Source of the DNA: Prasinococcaceae sp. CCMP 1430
Lineage: Eukaryota; Plantae; Prasinodermophyta
DNA length: 56,000 nt
Direction of reading: 5' to 3'
Assembly (NCBI GenBank): GCA_013416795.1
Contig: RQSC01000015.1
Location: forward strand, 326,072 to 382,071
Numbering within the stretch: the stretch's first letter is position 1; the number at the start of each line of letters is the position of its first letter. The notes beneath the pieces are model-generated. The model saw only the letters and a program-made list of their open reading frames with translations. It did no database searches and was not told the DNA's origin. The translations under genes and the position numbers were made by a program. This document shows, one piece after another, positions 31,954 to 43,300 of this stretch.

Positions 31954-32557
31954 NNNNNNNNNNNNNNNNNNNNNNNNNNNNNNNNNNNNNNNNNNNNNNN
32001 NNNNNNNNNNNNNNNNNNNNNNNNNNNNNNNNNNNNNNNNNNNNNNNNNNNNNNNNNNNNNNNNNNNNNNNNNNNNNNNNNNNNNNNNNNNNNNNNNNNN
32101 NNNNNNNNNNNNNNNNNNNNNNNNNNNNNNNNNNNNNNNNNNNNNNNNNNNNNNNNNNNNNNNNNNNNNNNNNNNNNNNNNNNNNNNNNNNNNNNNNNNN
32201 NNNNNNNNNNNNNNNNNNNNNNNNNNNNNNNNNNNNNNNNNNNNNNNNNNNNNNNNNNNNNNNNNNNNNNNNNNNNNNNNNNNNNNNNNNNNNNNNNNNN
32301 NNNNNNNNNNNNNNNNNNNNNNNNNNNNNNNNNNNNNNNNNNNNNNNNNNNNNNNNNNNNNNNNNNNNNNNNNNNNNNNNNNNNNNNNNNNNNNNNNNNN
32401 NNNNNNNNNNNNNNNNNNNNNNNNNNNNNNNNNNNNNNNNNNNNNNNNNNNNNNNNNNNNNNNNNNNNNNNNNNNNNNNNNNNNNNNNNNNNNNNNNNNN
32501 NNNNNNNNNNNNNNNNNNNNNNNNNNNNNNNNNNNNNNNNNNNNNNNNNNNNNNNNN
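31954..32557. other. Assembly gap (N run)
   Basis: 604 N. Confidence 1.
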
Positions 32558-33881
32558 GCTCGGCGGCGGTGCGGTGCCCGGCGGCGGCGGCGGCGGCGGC
32601 GGCGAGCGGGAGGGCGACGAGATGGGTGGCGGCGAGCAGCGCTATGAGCCGCGGCTGGTGGTGTTCTCGGGCGGCACGGCGTTCAACTGCGTGGCCAAGG
32701 AGCTGGGACAGTTCACGACGCGCGTGACGCACGTGCTTCCCGTCTCGGACGACGGCGGGTCCACGGCGGAGGTCGTGCGCGTGCTCGGCGGCCCCGCGGT
32801 CGGCGACATCCGCTCGCGCTGTCTGCGGCTCGCCGACACGTCGACGCGCGAGGCGCGCGCAGTGCGTGCGCTGCTCGGCCACCGCCTCAACAGCAAGGAC
32901 AGCTACGAGGCGAAGCGTGAGTGGATGCGCATCGTGGAGGGCGACCACGAGCTGTGGAAGGGCATCAGCGAGTCGTACTCGGACACCATGCGCGGCTTCC
33001 TCGTGCACTTCCAGAGCCAGCTGCTGCGCCGCGCGTCGGACGGCTTCGACTTCCGCAACGGGAGCGTGGGGAACTTCTTCTTCGCGGGCGCGCGCACGTT
33101 CTTCCGCTCGCTCGACGCGGCCATCTTCCTGTACTCGCGCGTCAGCGGCCTCGACCCCCACACGCTCGTGCTGCCGTGCATCAACACCATGGACCAGATC
33201 ACGCTCGGCGCGCGCTGCAAGGACGGCACCATCATCTGCGGGCAGAACGAGATTAGCCACCCGGCCGACCCCGACAACGGCGCCGTCGTCGACAAGACCG
33301 GCCGCCTGCCAAAGCTCGCGTCGCCCATCCAGCGGGTGATGTACCTCTCCAACAGGTCCAAGGGACACATCGACTACACCGCGCACGAGGTGTTCCCGCA
33401 GGTCCACCCGCAGGTGCTCGAGAAGATCTCGAACGCCGACGGCATCGTGTATGGCATGGGCTCGCTGTACACGAGCGTGTGCCCGAGCTTGGCGCTGGTG
33501 GGGGTGGGTGAGTACATCGCGGAGAGGGACTGCCCCAAGGTTCTCATGCTCAACGGGTACCCGGACAGGGAGACCGCGACCATGACGGCGTCGCAGTTCG
33601 TGCAGGCCGTGACGGACACCCTCAATCGCGAGGGTACCGAGGACGCGCTGAGTCACCCGCCGACGGCGTACGTCTCGGCGGTCATCGCGCCGGCAGAGGG
33701 GCTCGTGGAGCTTGACGAGGATGCCATCGCCGAGCAGGGCATTTCGATCATCAAGCTCTCCAGCACAGTCAAGGAGGGTGAGGAGGGTGACATTCGCCTC
33801 TTCGAGCCGCCCGCGCTCATCGAGTCTCTCGCGGAGATCGTTGGGGAGCACGCTAGGGCAGGCGCGGCGACGAGCGCGTGA
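32558..33881 (+). CDS. YvcK/CofD-like (UPF0052) protein, plant MEE18-like
   Basis: LVVFSGGTAFN, PVSDDGGST, GGPAVGDIRSR, GSVGNFFF, IVYGMGSLYTSVCPSL. Confidence 0.9.
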
Positions 33882-33947
33882 CGAGCGCTGCTCGCAGCGC
33901 TCGCTCGCTCACCGCGCCACTCGCGCCTATTGTAATACGAAACTATA

Positions 33948-35050
33948 CTATGCCCCGCCGTCAGCGAGCGCTTCCAGCACGGCGGGATCACACTTGGTGG
34001 CGCACATCGTATACCACCAATGCACCGACACGTTTCGCGAGGCTTTGCCGCAGCCGCCTGAGGGCGCATCGCCGCCCTCTGCGCCGCCCTCCACGAGATG
34101 GAACCAGCACGCCGGGATGTACAGCGCATCTCCTGCTCGTACGGTCACCTCGCAGTCAGGGGGCGGGGACGACGGGTGCGCGGTGGCTGCGTAGCGGAAG
34201 GCACCACCCGTTCCTGCACCTAGTGCGGCCAGCCGACCTGGCGACCACAGGCGCACGCGCTTGGATCCGCGCAACATCTGCGCTCGCGCGCGCGTGTTGC
34301 GCATCAGCCAAAGCTCGAGCAGAGCATGCGCAAACGCGCGCGCTGGCGTCCCGAGCCACGCTCAAGCGCGCTCCCAGTCTGGCCAGCGCCCACACGTACA
34401 ATTACGAAGCCTTCGTGTGGATCGAAGTGGCAGGGCGTGGACGTCGCTCCGCCGCAGTACATCGTCGCCAGCGCGTCGACGGGCTCGCCGCAGCAGCGGG
34501 CGACGGCTGGGCAGAGCTCCGCAGCGGGTGGCACGCGCGTCGCAAGCTCTGGGAGCGCTCTGAGGGATACGCGGGCCGCATATAGCCTCGATGCGCTCCC
34601 GCCAGTTGTGCCTTTTGCCGCCGACTCGGCGTCCGCCTGCGCCGCGGTCAGGAAGTCGCGGAATCGCACTGTGCGCCACGAGTACACGTCACCCCTGGAG
34701 TCGGCGACCGCCGGGTCTCCGAAGGCGTGCGCCCCGCAATCATCCGCTTCAGCGCGGCCCGCAACGCATTCGCTCGGCTGGCGCTCTGCAACGCGCACGC
34801 GCACGTGCTCGTCGCCGACCCACGCCGCGAGGTTGGCGTCGCTCCACTCGTGTTGAGGCAGGCCGGCGGCGGAGCAGCATGGCCACCGCGCCGCAAACCG
34901 CCTGACGACGGCGGGCGCATGCGCGCCGATCGCGGCGGCGAGGCCCGCGCCCGGACCCTCGGCCTCCCTCGGCGCCCCGAACCCGCCGTCCGTCCCCATG
35001 AACTCCTCGCGCATCCCGGTGAGCCGCATCGCAGCGCGCGCCGCGTCCAT
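33948..35050 (-). CDS. JmjC/cupin-8 2-oxoglutarate Fe(II) oxygenase, 2 exons
   Basis: STPCHFDP (HxD), intron 34399-34278 giving GFVI|MLRGSKRVRLW, and AGDALYIPACWFHLV (distal His). Confidence 0.85.
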
Positions 35051-35419
35051 GCTTGCCGGCGCGCTGCGCGCGCGCCGACCCGCGCTGTGACGCTTCGCGC
35101 GCCGTGTTCCCCAGCCGGCTCCGGGCCGCGCGTGCAGGCCTACTTTTTTTTTTTTTTCGCGCGAGCGGGCCTGCGAACAGCCCTGGCCCGTAACCCGGCC
35201 CGTGCCCGCGCCCGCGTGCGCGTCTCGCGAGAAGCGACGGATGGCGAATATACCTGACGTTTCTCGTAGGACCTTTTTGGACGTCATAAAAACCGTATAC
35301 TTCATCAAAACCAAATACCACCGTGAAAATCCTCCAGAAAAAGGCACAAAAAAAAACGCGCGGGGCGCTGGCGGCGGCGCGCGCACTCAGGTCCGTGCGC
35401 GCGAGCGCTGCGCACTCAC

Positions 35420-36044
35420 CGTCCGGCTCGAAGTAGAACTTCCCCTTCATTCTGTATTGCGAGGTGAGGTTGGTCCTGCTCTTGAGCTTGGAGACGACCC
35501 ACACGCGGGGGTTGCTCCCGGCGTTGGGAAGGTACGACTCGTAATCAGAGGCGACGTCGTAGCGCCCACCGGAGCCGGCTTCGGCGGTCAGGTACAGGTA
35601 GAAGTCCGCGTCAAATGCGCCATTGCTCAGGTCTATCGAGCCCAGGTTCAACACGTACAGCCCGACGCTCACCACGCGCGCCGAGCTGAGCGGCCCATAG
35701 AGATGGAACGAGCGAGCGAGCGAGAAAGGGGTTGGGGGTGTGTGGGGGATAAGGAGGGAGCAGGAGAGGGAGGGAGGGAGGGCGAAATGGTCAGGACGGC
35801 CTGCCAGGCGAGGTCGCGACGCGCGTACAGACGGGCGCTCGCTCGCTCGCTCGCTCGCTCGCTCGCTCGCACTTGGTCCACACCTTTGCAGCGAGCCCAA
35901 CTCGCGCGCATCGCCGGGGGCATTGGGCGCGCTGTCCTTCGATGCGGGCTGTGGCGCGTGCTTGCCACGCGCGGCGATTGAGGCGCGCGCGGGCACTGTC
36001 ACGAGCGCAAGCACGAGCGCGACTGCTACACCTGCGCGGCGCAT
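35420..36044 (-). CDS. Pentameric ligand-gated ion channel-like extracellular domain, first two exons only
   Basis: Signal peptide MRRAGVAVALVLALVTVPARA. Intron 35883-35686. VSVGLYVLNLGSIDLSNGAFDADFYLYL...YRMKGKFYFEPD, then GTGAGT donor at 35419 with no following exon. Confidence 0.65.
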
Positions 36045-36638
36045 GAGCCTCAGCGGTTGCGCGGCGCCCCGGCGTCTCGTCGCTACCCGGTGCGCTGGGT
36101 GCATGTCAGGCTGCGCGGGGCGCCGCGCACCCAGCGTGCCGCGGCGCGATTGCCCTCCGCCGTGCTCCTATGTCCGGGCGCCGCTTCGCCCTCTCCTCCC
36201 CCACCCCCAACCCCAAAGGCCTCCTTCGTCCCCGCGGCACACGAGGGCCTGGCCCGTGCCCCCGCGACGCGCGCGCTGTGGCGCGCCGCGCGGCCGGGAG
36301 CTCTCGTCACTCGTGTCGGGCTTTTTTCGGGAGGCGCCGAGAGCGCGGTGCCCAGCGGCGGGTCGCGCCAGAGGCGCGCGCGCACAGCGGCGGCGAGATG
36401 TAAACTGGCCGGCCGCGCGGGCGGGCCCTTTCTTACACTTTGCGCGCCCCGCGGCGGCTCTCGGTGGAGACCATCCGCGAGCCCGCGCCAGTGCCCGCGA
36501 GCGGTTGCTCGCGCTTGTCGCGAAGCCGGGGAGCGCAGCGCATCCTTCGCCCATATCCCCCCCCGCCACGCTCAACAACCGACCCTGCCTCCCTCACTCC
36601 CCCCGTCTCCGCGGGCACTCGCGTCGCGCGCCAGCCGC

Positions 36639-37253
36639 TCACGCCGACGCAGCCCTAGCCGCGCTGGCGGCGATGAACTCCTGCTGCGTGGCGGCGGTGG
36701 CGAAGCCCAACCGCTTGTTGCCCTGGTCGAAGACGGTGTAATACTTGCCCATGAAGACGTCGCCCAGGATCCACTGCGGACCGAGCTGCGCGGGCAGGTC
36801 CAGGCCCATGAAGCCGCTCAGGCACTGGCCGCCCACCTCGAGGACGTAGTCCTTGCCCTCCAGCGGATAGTCCGCGCCGTTGATGGTGAAGGTCACGGTG
36901 GGAAGCTTCGGGACCTCCGAGCAGTTGAGAAACCACTGCCCGGTGGGCAGCGGCTTGGCGCCGAGCTTCATGTTGAGGTCGCCGATGATGGTGGTGGGGC
37001 CCGCCAGCAGCGACGTGCCCGAGTCGGCGATGGCCTGCGAGGCGCCCGCGAGGGGCTCCTTGTCGTCTGACACGGTCAGCGACTCGAAGGCGAACTGCCA
37101 GTACGTCTCTGCTGTGAGCGGCACCCACGAGATGTCGCCGGTGTAGTGCGCCTCGTCCATGCCGCCGAGCGTGAGCTCGCCGCCCTCGCCGGCGCCGGCG
37201 TCGCGGTTGAGCCAGAAGGCGAAGAGCGGCTGCGCCACGGCCCCCTGCTCGAC
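36639..37253 (-). CDS. Cathepsin D/phytepsin-like aspartic protease (A1), C-terminal lobe; 5' cut at N 37254
   Basis: FAFWLNRD..GGELTLGG, YWQF, AIADSGTSLLAGP, CLSGFMGLD, WILGDVFMGKYYTVFD..RLGFA. Confidence 0.92.
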   Translation of the reverse strand, partial: VEQGAVAQPLFAFWLNRDAGAGEGGELTLGGMDEAHYTGDISWVPLTAETYWQFAFESLTVSDDKEPLAGASQAIADSGTSLLAGPTTIIGDLNMKLGAKPLPTGQWFLNCSEVPKLPTVTFTINGADYPLEGKDYVLEVGGQCLSGFMGLDLPAQLGPQWILGDVFMGKYYTVFDQGNKRLGFATAATQQEFIAASAARAASA

Positions 37254-37254
37254 N

Positions 37255-38096
37255 TGAGGTCACGCAAGCGAGCGACGCACGCGCAGCTGCTGAGTGCATC
37301 CAGTGCCTCGCTCCTCTTACTCCTCCGCGGGGGCCTCGGCGGCGGGTTCGGCGCCTTCGTCGGCCTCGGCGGCCTCGGCGGCCTCGGCGGCCTTGGCCGC
37401 GGCGAGCTCGGCATCCTGCGCGCGGCCCTCGCGGGCCGTGTCCGCAGCGGCGGCGTACGAGCGCACGACACGCAGAAACCATAGCAGGGGCATACCCAGG
37501 GGTGACTCCTTGGCGAGCGCGTCCTCGTCGACGCCCTTGCACACGAACTTGGCATACTTGGCGACTTCGAGCGGCAGCGCGCCCTCAGCGGCCGCGTCAA
37601 AGCTGTTGAACGATTCGGCGTCGACAGCGGCAGCAATGCCGCCGAAGAGCAGCGAGCGAGCGGCCGACCAGCTGTACGCGTCGGTGTGGCCCAGCACGCG
37701 CAGCGCGGCACGCAACAGCGGCATCGTCGCTGGCGGCGCGAAGACGCGCTGGCGCAGCGTGCCAAGCTTGTCGCCCTCGAAGACGCCAGCCACCAGCGAC
37801 ACCACCTTCGCGTACTTCGCCTTCTCCAGCTCCAGAGCTATCTCATAGGACGGCCTGCCCTCGGCGTCCTCGTCCGCCTCACCCTCGGCGTCCTCCTCCT
37901 CCGCCTTACCCTCGGCGTCCTCCTCCTCCGCGTTACCCTCGGCGTCCTCCTCCTCCGCCTTGCCCTCGGCGTCCTCCTCCTCCGCCTTGCCCTCGGCATC
38001 TTCCTCCTCCGCCTTGCCCTCGGCATCCTCCTCCTCCGCCGTGCCCTCGGCATCCTCCTCCTCCGCCGTGCCCTCGGCATCCTCCTCCTCCGCCGT
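37255..38096 (-). repeat. 842-bp copy of 48195..49036 (RSP2 3' end and 3' flank)
   Basis: Offset 10,940 bp. One mismatch seen (38068 G versus 49008 T). Confidence 0.95.
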
Positions 38097-38204
38097 TCGC
38101 CCCCACGCGCGCGCGCGCGTCCTGCCGCGCGCCCTTAGGGTAAAACCACCCCGCATCGCCGCCCACCGCTGCCGCCGCCGCCGCCGCCCGCCGCGCACGC
38201 GCAC

Positions 38205-38294
38205 CTTGACGGTGACCTTGCGGTCGGACTGGAGCCTCTTGAACTTGTTCTTCTTCTTGTGCACGATGTTGTACTTCACCAGCGGCTGCACCAT
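38205..38294 (-). CDS. RPL32: 60S ribosomal protein L32, exon 1 (30 codons)
   Basis: MVQPLVKYNIVHKKKNKFKRLQSDRKVTVK followed by a GTGCGC donor. Confidence 0.9.
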
Positions 38295-39295
38295 GGTGGC
38301 AGGCCGGCGTCGCGTCGGGCGCGCGCGCGCTGTGGCCCGCGCCCCGCGTCGCGCGTTGCGCGCCGCGAGCGCGCGCTCGCGTTCGTGCGCTGGAGCGACC
38401 GCTGGGGCGTCGCGCTCGTGCTCGCGGCGGCGGCGGCGGCCTACGCTGCATCGGCGTGGGAGGGCCCCGCGCGAGACGGCGCTGGAGCGACGGCGAACCC
38501 GGCTGAGCGAACCGGGTCGGATGCTCCCCCGACATGACAAGGCTGGCCTGCACGCTGTCTACATCATAGTCCGATGCTGCAGTCGCCATGGGCGAGCAGA
38601 CGCGCGCAGCACCCGCTCAGCAGGGCACGCGAGCCGTGTGGCTCTTCTGTCTCCGTCAACTGTGCGGTCGTCTTCGCGATGTTCGAGGGAGACACCGCCT
38701 CTGCGCATCTCAGGACGCCGCCCGTGCCGCCAATGTCATGCGCTCAATCGCCACACGACGGGCGCACCATGCCCACCGGCGCGGTGGGCGCGTGTGCCGG
38801 TGACCACACGGCATGCGCCGCCGTGGATCGCATGCTGTGCGTCCCGACTACGTGCGCGTCGTCGCACTCGCACATCCCTCGCAGCCATTCAATGTGACCG
38901 CGCAGCGCCTCTACATACCGCGTGGCCCGACTCGTCCCGAGGTGCTCGCTCTGCTCCGAGCCATGAGCAGCGGCGCTCGCGCCTCGAAGCGATCTGTGCG
39001 GCGCACGCAGCCGCGCCGCGTGGCATATACACGCGGAGGACGCGACGCCTCGCGAGCCTCGTAGTGGCACGCTGGGTCACCGGCGGTACACATGTAACGC
39101 CACAGTCACCACCGCCGGCCCTTCCTGCGTGCAGTTGTTCGTCGGTTAGGCGGCAGCTCGGCCGGCCTGCGCGCCCAGCACCGAGGCGCGGCTGTGACGC
39201 AGTATGTGTGTATGAGTATGCCCCCAGCTGCTGTTAAAGTAATAGTAGTTTCCGCGCGCGCGCGCAGCCTGAGCCGCGCGATCTGCGACGAAGAT

Positions 39296-39607
39296 CTACT
39301 CGTTCTCCTCGGTGCGCATGCGGGCGCCGGCGTTGAGCACGTTCACGTTGAGCTGCTTGGCGCGCTCGACGATCTCCTTGCGCTTCTTGGCGCCCACGTC
39401 ATGCGCGACCTCCGCGGCGTACACGCGGTTGTGCATCATCAGCATCTCCAGCTCCTTCACGTTCGACACGGTGAACTTCTTGAAGCCGCACGGCAGCACG
39501 TGCTTGTACTTCTTGTTGGTGCCGTAGCCGATGTTGGGCATGGGCACGGTGCCCTTGAACTTGCGGCGGTGGCGGCAGTCAATGCCCTTCGGGCGGCGCC
39601 ATGACTC
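39296..39607 (-). CDS. RPL32: 60S ribosomal protein L32, exon 2 (103 codons + stop)
   Basis: CTGCAG acceptor, then [38 protein letters not shown]. With exon 1 this gives 133 aa. Confidence 0.95.
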   Translation of the reverse strand, partial: ESWRRPKGIDCRHRRKFKGTVPMPNIGYGTNKKYKHVLPCGFKKFTVSNVKELEMLMMHNRVYAAEVAHDVGAKKRKEIVERAKQLNVNVLNAGARMRTEENE

Positions 39608-39792
39608 CTGCAGGGGCACGGCGGCGCGTGCGAGTGGCGGGCGGACGGAGAGCCGCGGCGCTGAGGGTTAGCTTCCGCCGGCGTGGCGAGAGTTGGGAGG
39701 GCGCGCCGCGCTCCCAGACTGCGCCCCCGCCACTCGCTCGCTCGCTCGCAGCTGCCCCCCCTCCCCCCACCACACACACAACACACACAAAC

Positions 39793-39931
39793 GGCCGCGG
39801 CCGCCGCGGCAGCTCCGCATCGCTCCGCGCCGCCCTGCGCGACACTGCACGCCCTCAGGACGAGCAGCTGGTGCGGCGCCCGCCTGGCAGCGGCGGAGCG
39901 GCAACGCCGCTGTCGCTGCGGTGCGCGCCAT
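39793..39931 (-). CDS. Orphan first exon encoding a transit-peptide-like sequence
   Basis: MARTAATAALPLRRCQAGAAPAARP... followed by a GT(TTGTG)n intron start. Phase 1, incompatible with RPL32 exon 2. Confidence 0.35.
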
Positions 39932-40280
39932 GCTCGGGATGGAATGACGGGCGCGAGGGCAAGCGCGCGGCAGGTGGCAGCTCCCAATCAGTATCACTGT
40001 TGGTTCGTGAGAGGCCCTCTTACTTGCGCACGCTCGCGCGCGCGCAGAGGTGACGAGGGCGCCAAAAAAAAGGGCAATGCTCTTGCGAAGTCGCCGCCGA
40101 ATTCTGTAAATAATCGAAACGCGCTCCTCGGTGTTATTCGTTCCGTTTGTCGCGTTCCACGTCCAATCGCGATAAGTCCCTCCTGGTAGTTTGTATGTGC
40201 GCCGTGCCGAGCTGGAGCGCTGCAGCTGCGGCGTAGCCGGATCATCAATGCGCTGATCTGCACCGCGCGGCGTGTGGCAG

Positions 40281-40528
40281 CTACAACGAGGGGAAGTCGT
40301 CCACCCTCATCTCGAACGCCCGCTGCGCCGCCCGCTTGCTCGCCTTCGCCCGGCGGTCGGCCAGCGCGCCGTTCTCCCCCCTGGATGATGCAGTGGTGAG
40401 CGGCTCGCGCGACTTGGGATGCGATGCCGAGCCCATGATCTGCGCGACTGTAGGCGGACGCCGAGCGGCGGCCGCGCGCTGTGCCCACGACACGGGCACC
40501 TGTGAGTCCGCGTCGGATCCGGCAGAGC
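40281..40528 (-). CDS. C-terminal fragment of an unidentified protein ending ...RVDDFPSL*
   Basis: Open frame from N 40529 to a stop. DFPSL ends are common in RNA-binding/PABP-interacting proteins. Confidence 0.35.
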
Positions 40529-41286
40529 NGCGGCGGGCGGGCGGGCGCGGACCCGCGCCCGCCCGGCGAGCGGCCGCGTTTGGGTTGCGAGAGGGGGCTC
40601 GCGGGCGATGACTCGTACGGTGACGTCCAAAGTGGACCCTGTTTGTTCGTACCGCAAACGAGAACGTGGCGCGGCGACGCCAGGTCACGCCGCACGCGCA
40701 GCGCGACGCGCACGTCAAACGCGTCTCGGAAAATCTCACCACAAAAAGCATTCCGATCGACGAGGCGATCTCGATGTGATGGGGCATCGGGCGCACATGA
40801 ATCTGAATCGCACGCGCGCGCGGCGAGACCTTTTTCCCCCGCCCATTTGTTTTTTCTTTCTTGCAAAAAAGGCGCCAAGAAGCAAAAAAAAGCGCACGCC
40901 AAAAAATCTGCTTTGATATTCCGAGCGCTTTGACCTGGGATGAGGGCGGAAGACCAGGCATTTTCGCGGTCAGACTGGGGTCTCACCGGCCGCTGACCCT
41001 GATTGCGCAGTCCACACCGGGGTCGGCGAGTGGCCAGACGCCAGCGCTGCGCTGGCGCTGGCCTGCTGCGCACTGGGGCAAGCAGGAGGGGCGGAGGGGG
41101 GAGCGGGGGGTCACAGTGCGCGCGCGGGGCGCTGGGTGTTGGGAGTTGGGTGTGGTACCTTCCCCCCTCCCCCTCTTTCTCCAGCTTTGCTGCCGTCGCG
41201 CCCGGGGGGCCGCGCACGATGCGCGGCGCGGGCGTCGCCACACAGCGTGCGGCGCGCACAGCAGCCCCCTAGCTAGGGCCCGCTTN

Positions 41287-41815
41287 TGCGCGTGCGCCGT
41301 CCCCGCCATGGCCCTCGGCGGCTGCGCCGCCCGCGTTTTCCCCCGCGGTTTCCCCTGCGCGCGCCTCGTGCGCCTCCACGTACTCGCGCAGCCTGTGCCT
41401 GACCGCCGCGCCGCAGCCCCCAAGCGCGGCCCCGAGGGCTGCGCCAACAGCCGCGCGCTCGTCAACGCTCTCGAGCACCACCGTCTCACCCGCACTGGCA
41501 CCTTGACGGCAGCCAGCAGCCTCGCTGCCCGCCGCCCCATTCGTGCGCGCGAAACGCAGCTCCACGCGCCAATGCAGCGTGCGCGAGCCCTTGGCCCCCT
41601 TCCCGCCCCCCTTGCCTCCGAGCCGCGTCGTGTTGGCCTCACGCCGCCCCATCCCTGGCGGCATGAAGCGCAGCGAGACACCGCGCTCGCGTGCGGCAGC
41701 GCGCAGTACGTGCAGCGCACGCGGCAGCGCCGCGTCCGGACGCTCTTGCGGAGGGCGCAGCTCGTCGGCGTCCTCGGCGTCATCAGCGTCCGCAGCAGAG
41801 CCCCTCCCACCGCGT
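41287..41815 (-). CDS. Box C/D snoRNP assembly factor BCD1/ZNHIT6, internal fragment
   Basis: [27 protein letters not shown]...[24 protein letters not shown] parallels the ZNHIT6 core. Cut at N 41286. Confidence 0.7.
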
Positions 41816-41820
41816 CCAGA

Positions 41821-42713
41821 CCTCCCCCTCCCGCGCCCGCCGCCGCGCCCGCCGCGCCCGCCGCGCCCGCCGCTGCTCGCGAGACGCGCGTGCCGATGAC
41901 GAGGCTACGCAAGCGCGTCGCCGAGCGCCTCAAGGACAGCCAGAACACGCTGGCGATGCTCACGACTTTCAACGAGGTTGATATGACCAACTTGATGGCC
42001 CTGCGCGCGTCGTTCAAGGACGAGTTCCTCGCGACGCACGGCGTCAAGCTCGGCATTATGTCGCTCTTCGTGAAGGCGGCGACTGACGCGCTCCAGAAGG
42101 TTCCAGCGGTGGTGAGTCACGCGCGCCGACCGCGGGCGCGCGCGCGCCGGCCGCGAGCGCGCGCGTGCGCGCGTGCACGCGAAGCTTCTCGGGAGGTCCC
42201 TGCTCGCGTGCGCTGACGTGATCGCTCGCCGCTGCCGCGTGCCCTCCTCAGAACGCCGTCATTGATGGCGACGACATCGTGTACCGTGACTACTGCGACG
42301 TGTCCGTGGCGGTCGCGTCGCCGCGCGGCCTCGTGGTGCCCGTCATCCGCGATGCCCACGAGCTGTCCTTCGCGGGCGTGGAGAAGGCGATCGTGGAGAT
42401 GGGGCAGAAGGCCAAGGACGGCACCATCTCCATGGAGGACATGGCGGGCGGTACCTTCACCATCTCCAATGGCGGGGTGTTCGGCTCGATGATGAGCACG
42501 CCCATCATTAATCCGCCGCAGAGTGCCATCCTGGGCATGCACGCCACGCAGATGAGGCCCATGGTGGTAGACGGCGAGATCAAGGCCAGGCCCATGATGT
42601 ATCTCGCACTCACATACGACCACCGCATCATTGACGGGAGGGAGTCAGTCACCTTTCTGAAGCAGATCAAGGCCAACGTCGAGGACCCCCGGAGGCTGCT
42701 GCTCGACCTGTAG
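41821..42713 (+). CDS. 2-oxoglutarate dehydrogenase E2 (dihydrolipoamide succinyltransferase), catalytic part; lipoyl domain missing
   Basis: [32 protein letters not shown]. Intron 42112-42251. [38 protein letters not shown]. Confidence 0.95.
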
Positions 42714-43300
42714 GCGACATGGGCACCTTGTGCAGCCGAGACGCCTCTCGTTGCGGGGCGTCGGCGCGTGCGCGCGCCTGCAGATGTATACCCACGCGCG
42801 GTGGTCGATCCCGCACTCCTTTCTCCACGCTTCACCGGCAGCTCACACGTTCTTTTGCATTGACATATAGGGTCTATCATGCGCTCCTTTGAGTGCTTTC
42901 AATTCATGACTCTGAGTTTAGGTTAGTGCCACACCGCAAACATTCCCGCCAGCGCGCTCGCACGTCCTTCCGAATCACTCAATAGGGTTCGAAACGGGCG
43001 TCTCTGGTACCATCATATGGCATTATGTTAGTACCACGGAGTCATCGCGGTCTGGGGTTTAGGTTTGGAAAGACCGTAAACATCCTCGGCGCGCGGCGCG
43101 CCGCGCGGCGGCTGGCGCGGCGGCTGGCGCNAAGGCAGGCGGCGGGGCGCATCGACCGACTTCGTGCCTCTGCCGCGGAGCGTCTCGTGGCGCTCGCGGT
43201 TGCCCTCGCCTCGCACGCGGGAAACCAGCGCGTGTGTGACGCAGCCGCTGTCGCCGCCAAGCTGCTCGAGCTCCTCCCCGAACGCGGCGAGGCGAGGGCC

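Noticed and set aside
38370-39070. Possible plus-strand gene pieces between the RPL32 exons
   Set aside because: Short protein-like stretches occur in different frames and I could not build a consistent model or assign a family.
39296-39931. Transit-peptide exon spliced to RPL32 exon 2 as a plastid-targeted L32
   Set aside because: The exon ends in phase 1 and RPL32 exon 2 starts in phase 0, so the product would be frameshifted.
41660-41760. CTYC...CASC zinc-finger-like string in ORF 40983..42056
   Set aside because: It is an alternative frame of the BCD1 fragment, which matches its family in another frame.
42986-42995. GGTTCGAAAC B-box-like motif as a tRNA or SINE
   Set aside because: No A-box, cloverleaf or acceptor stem nearby.
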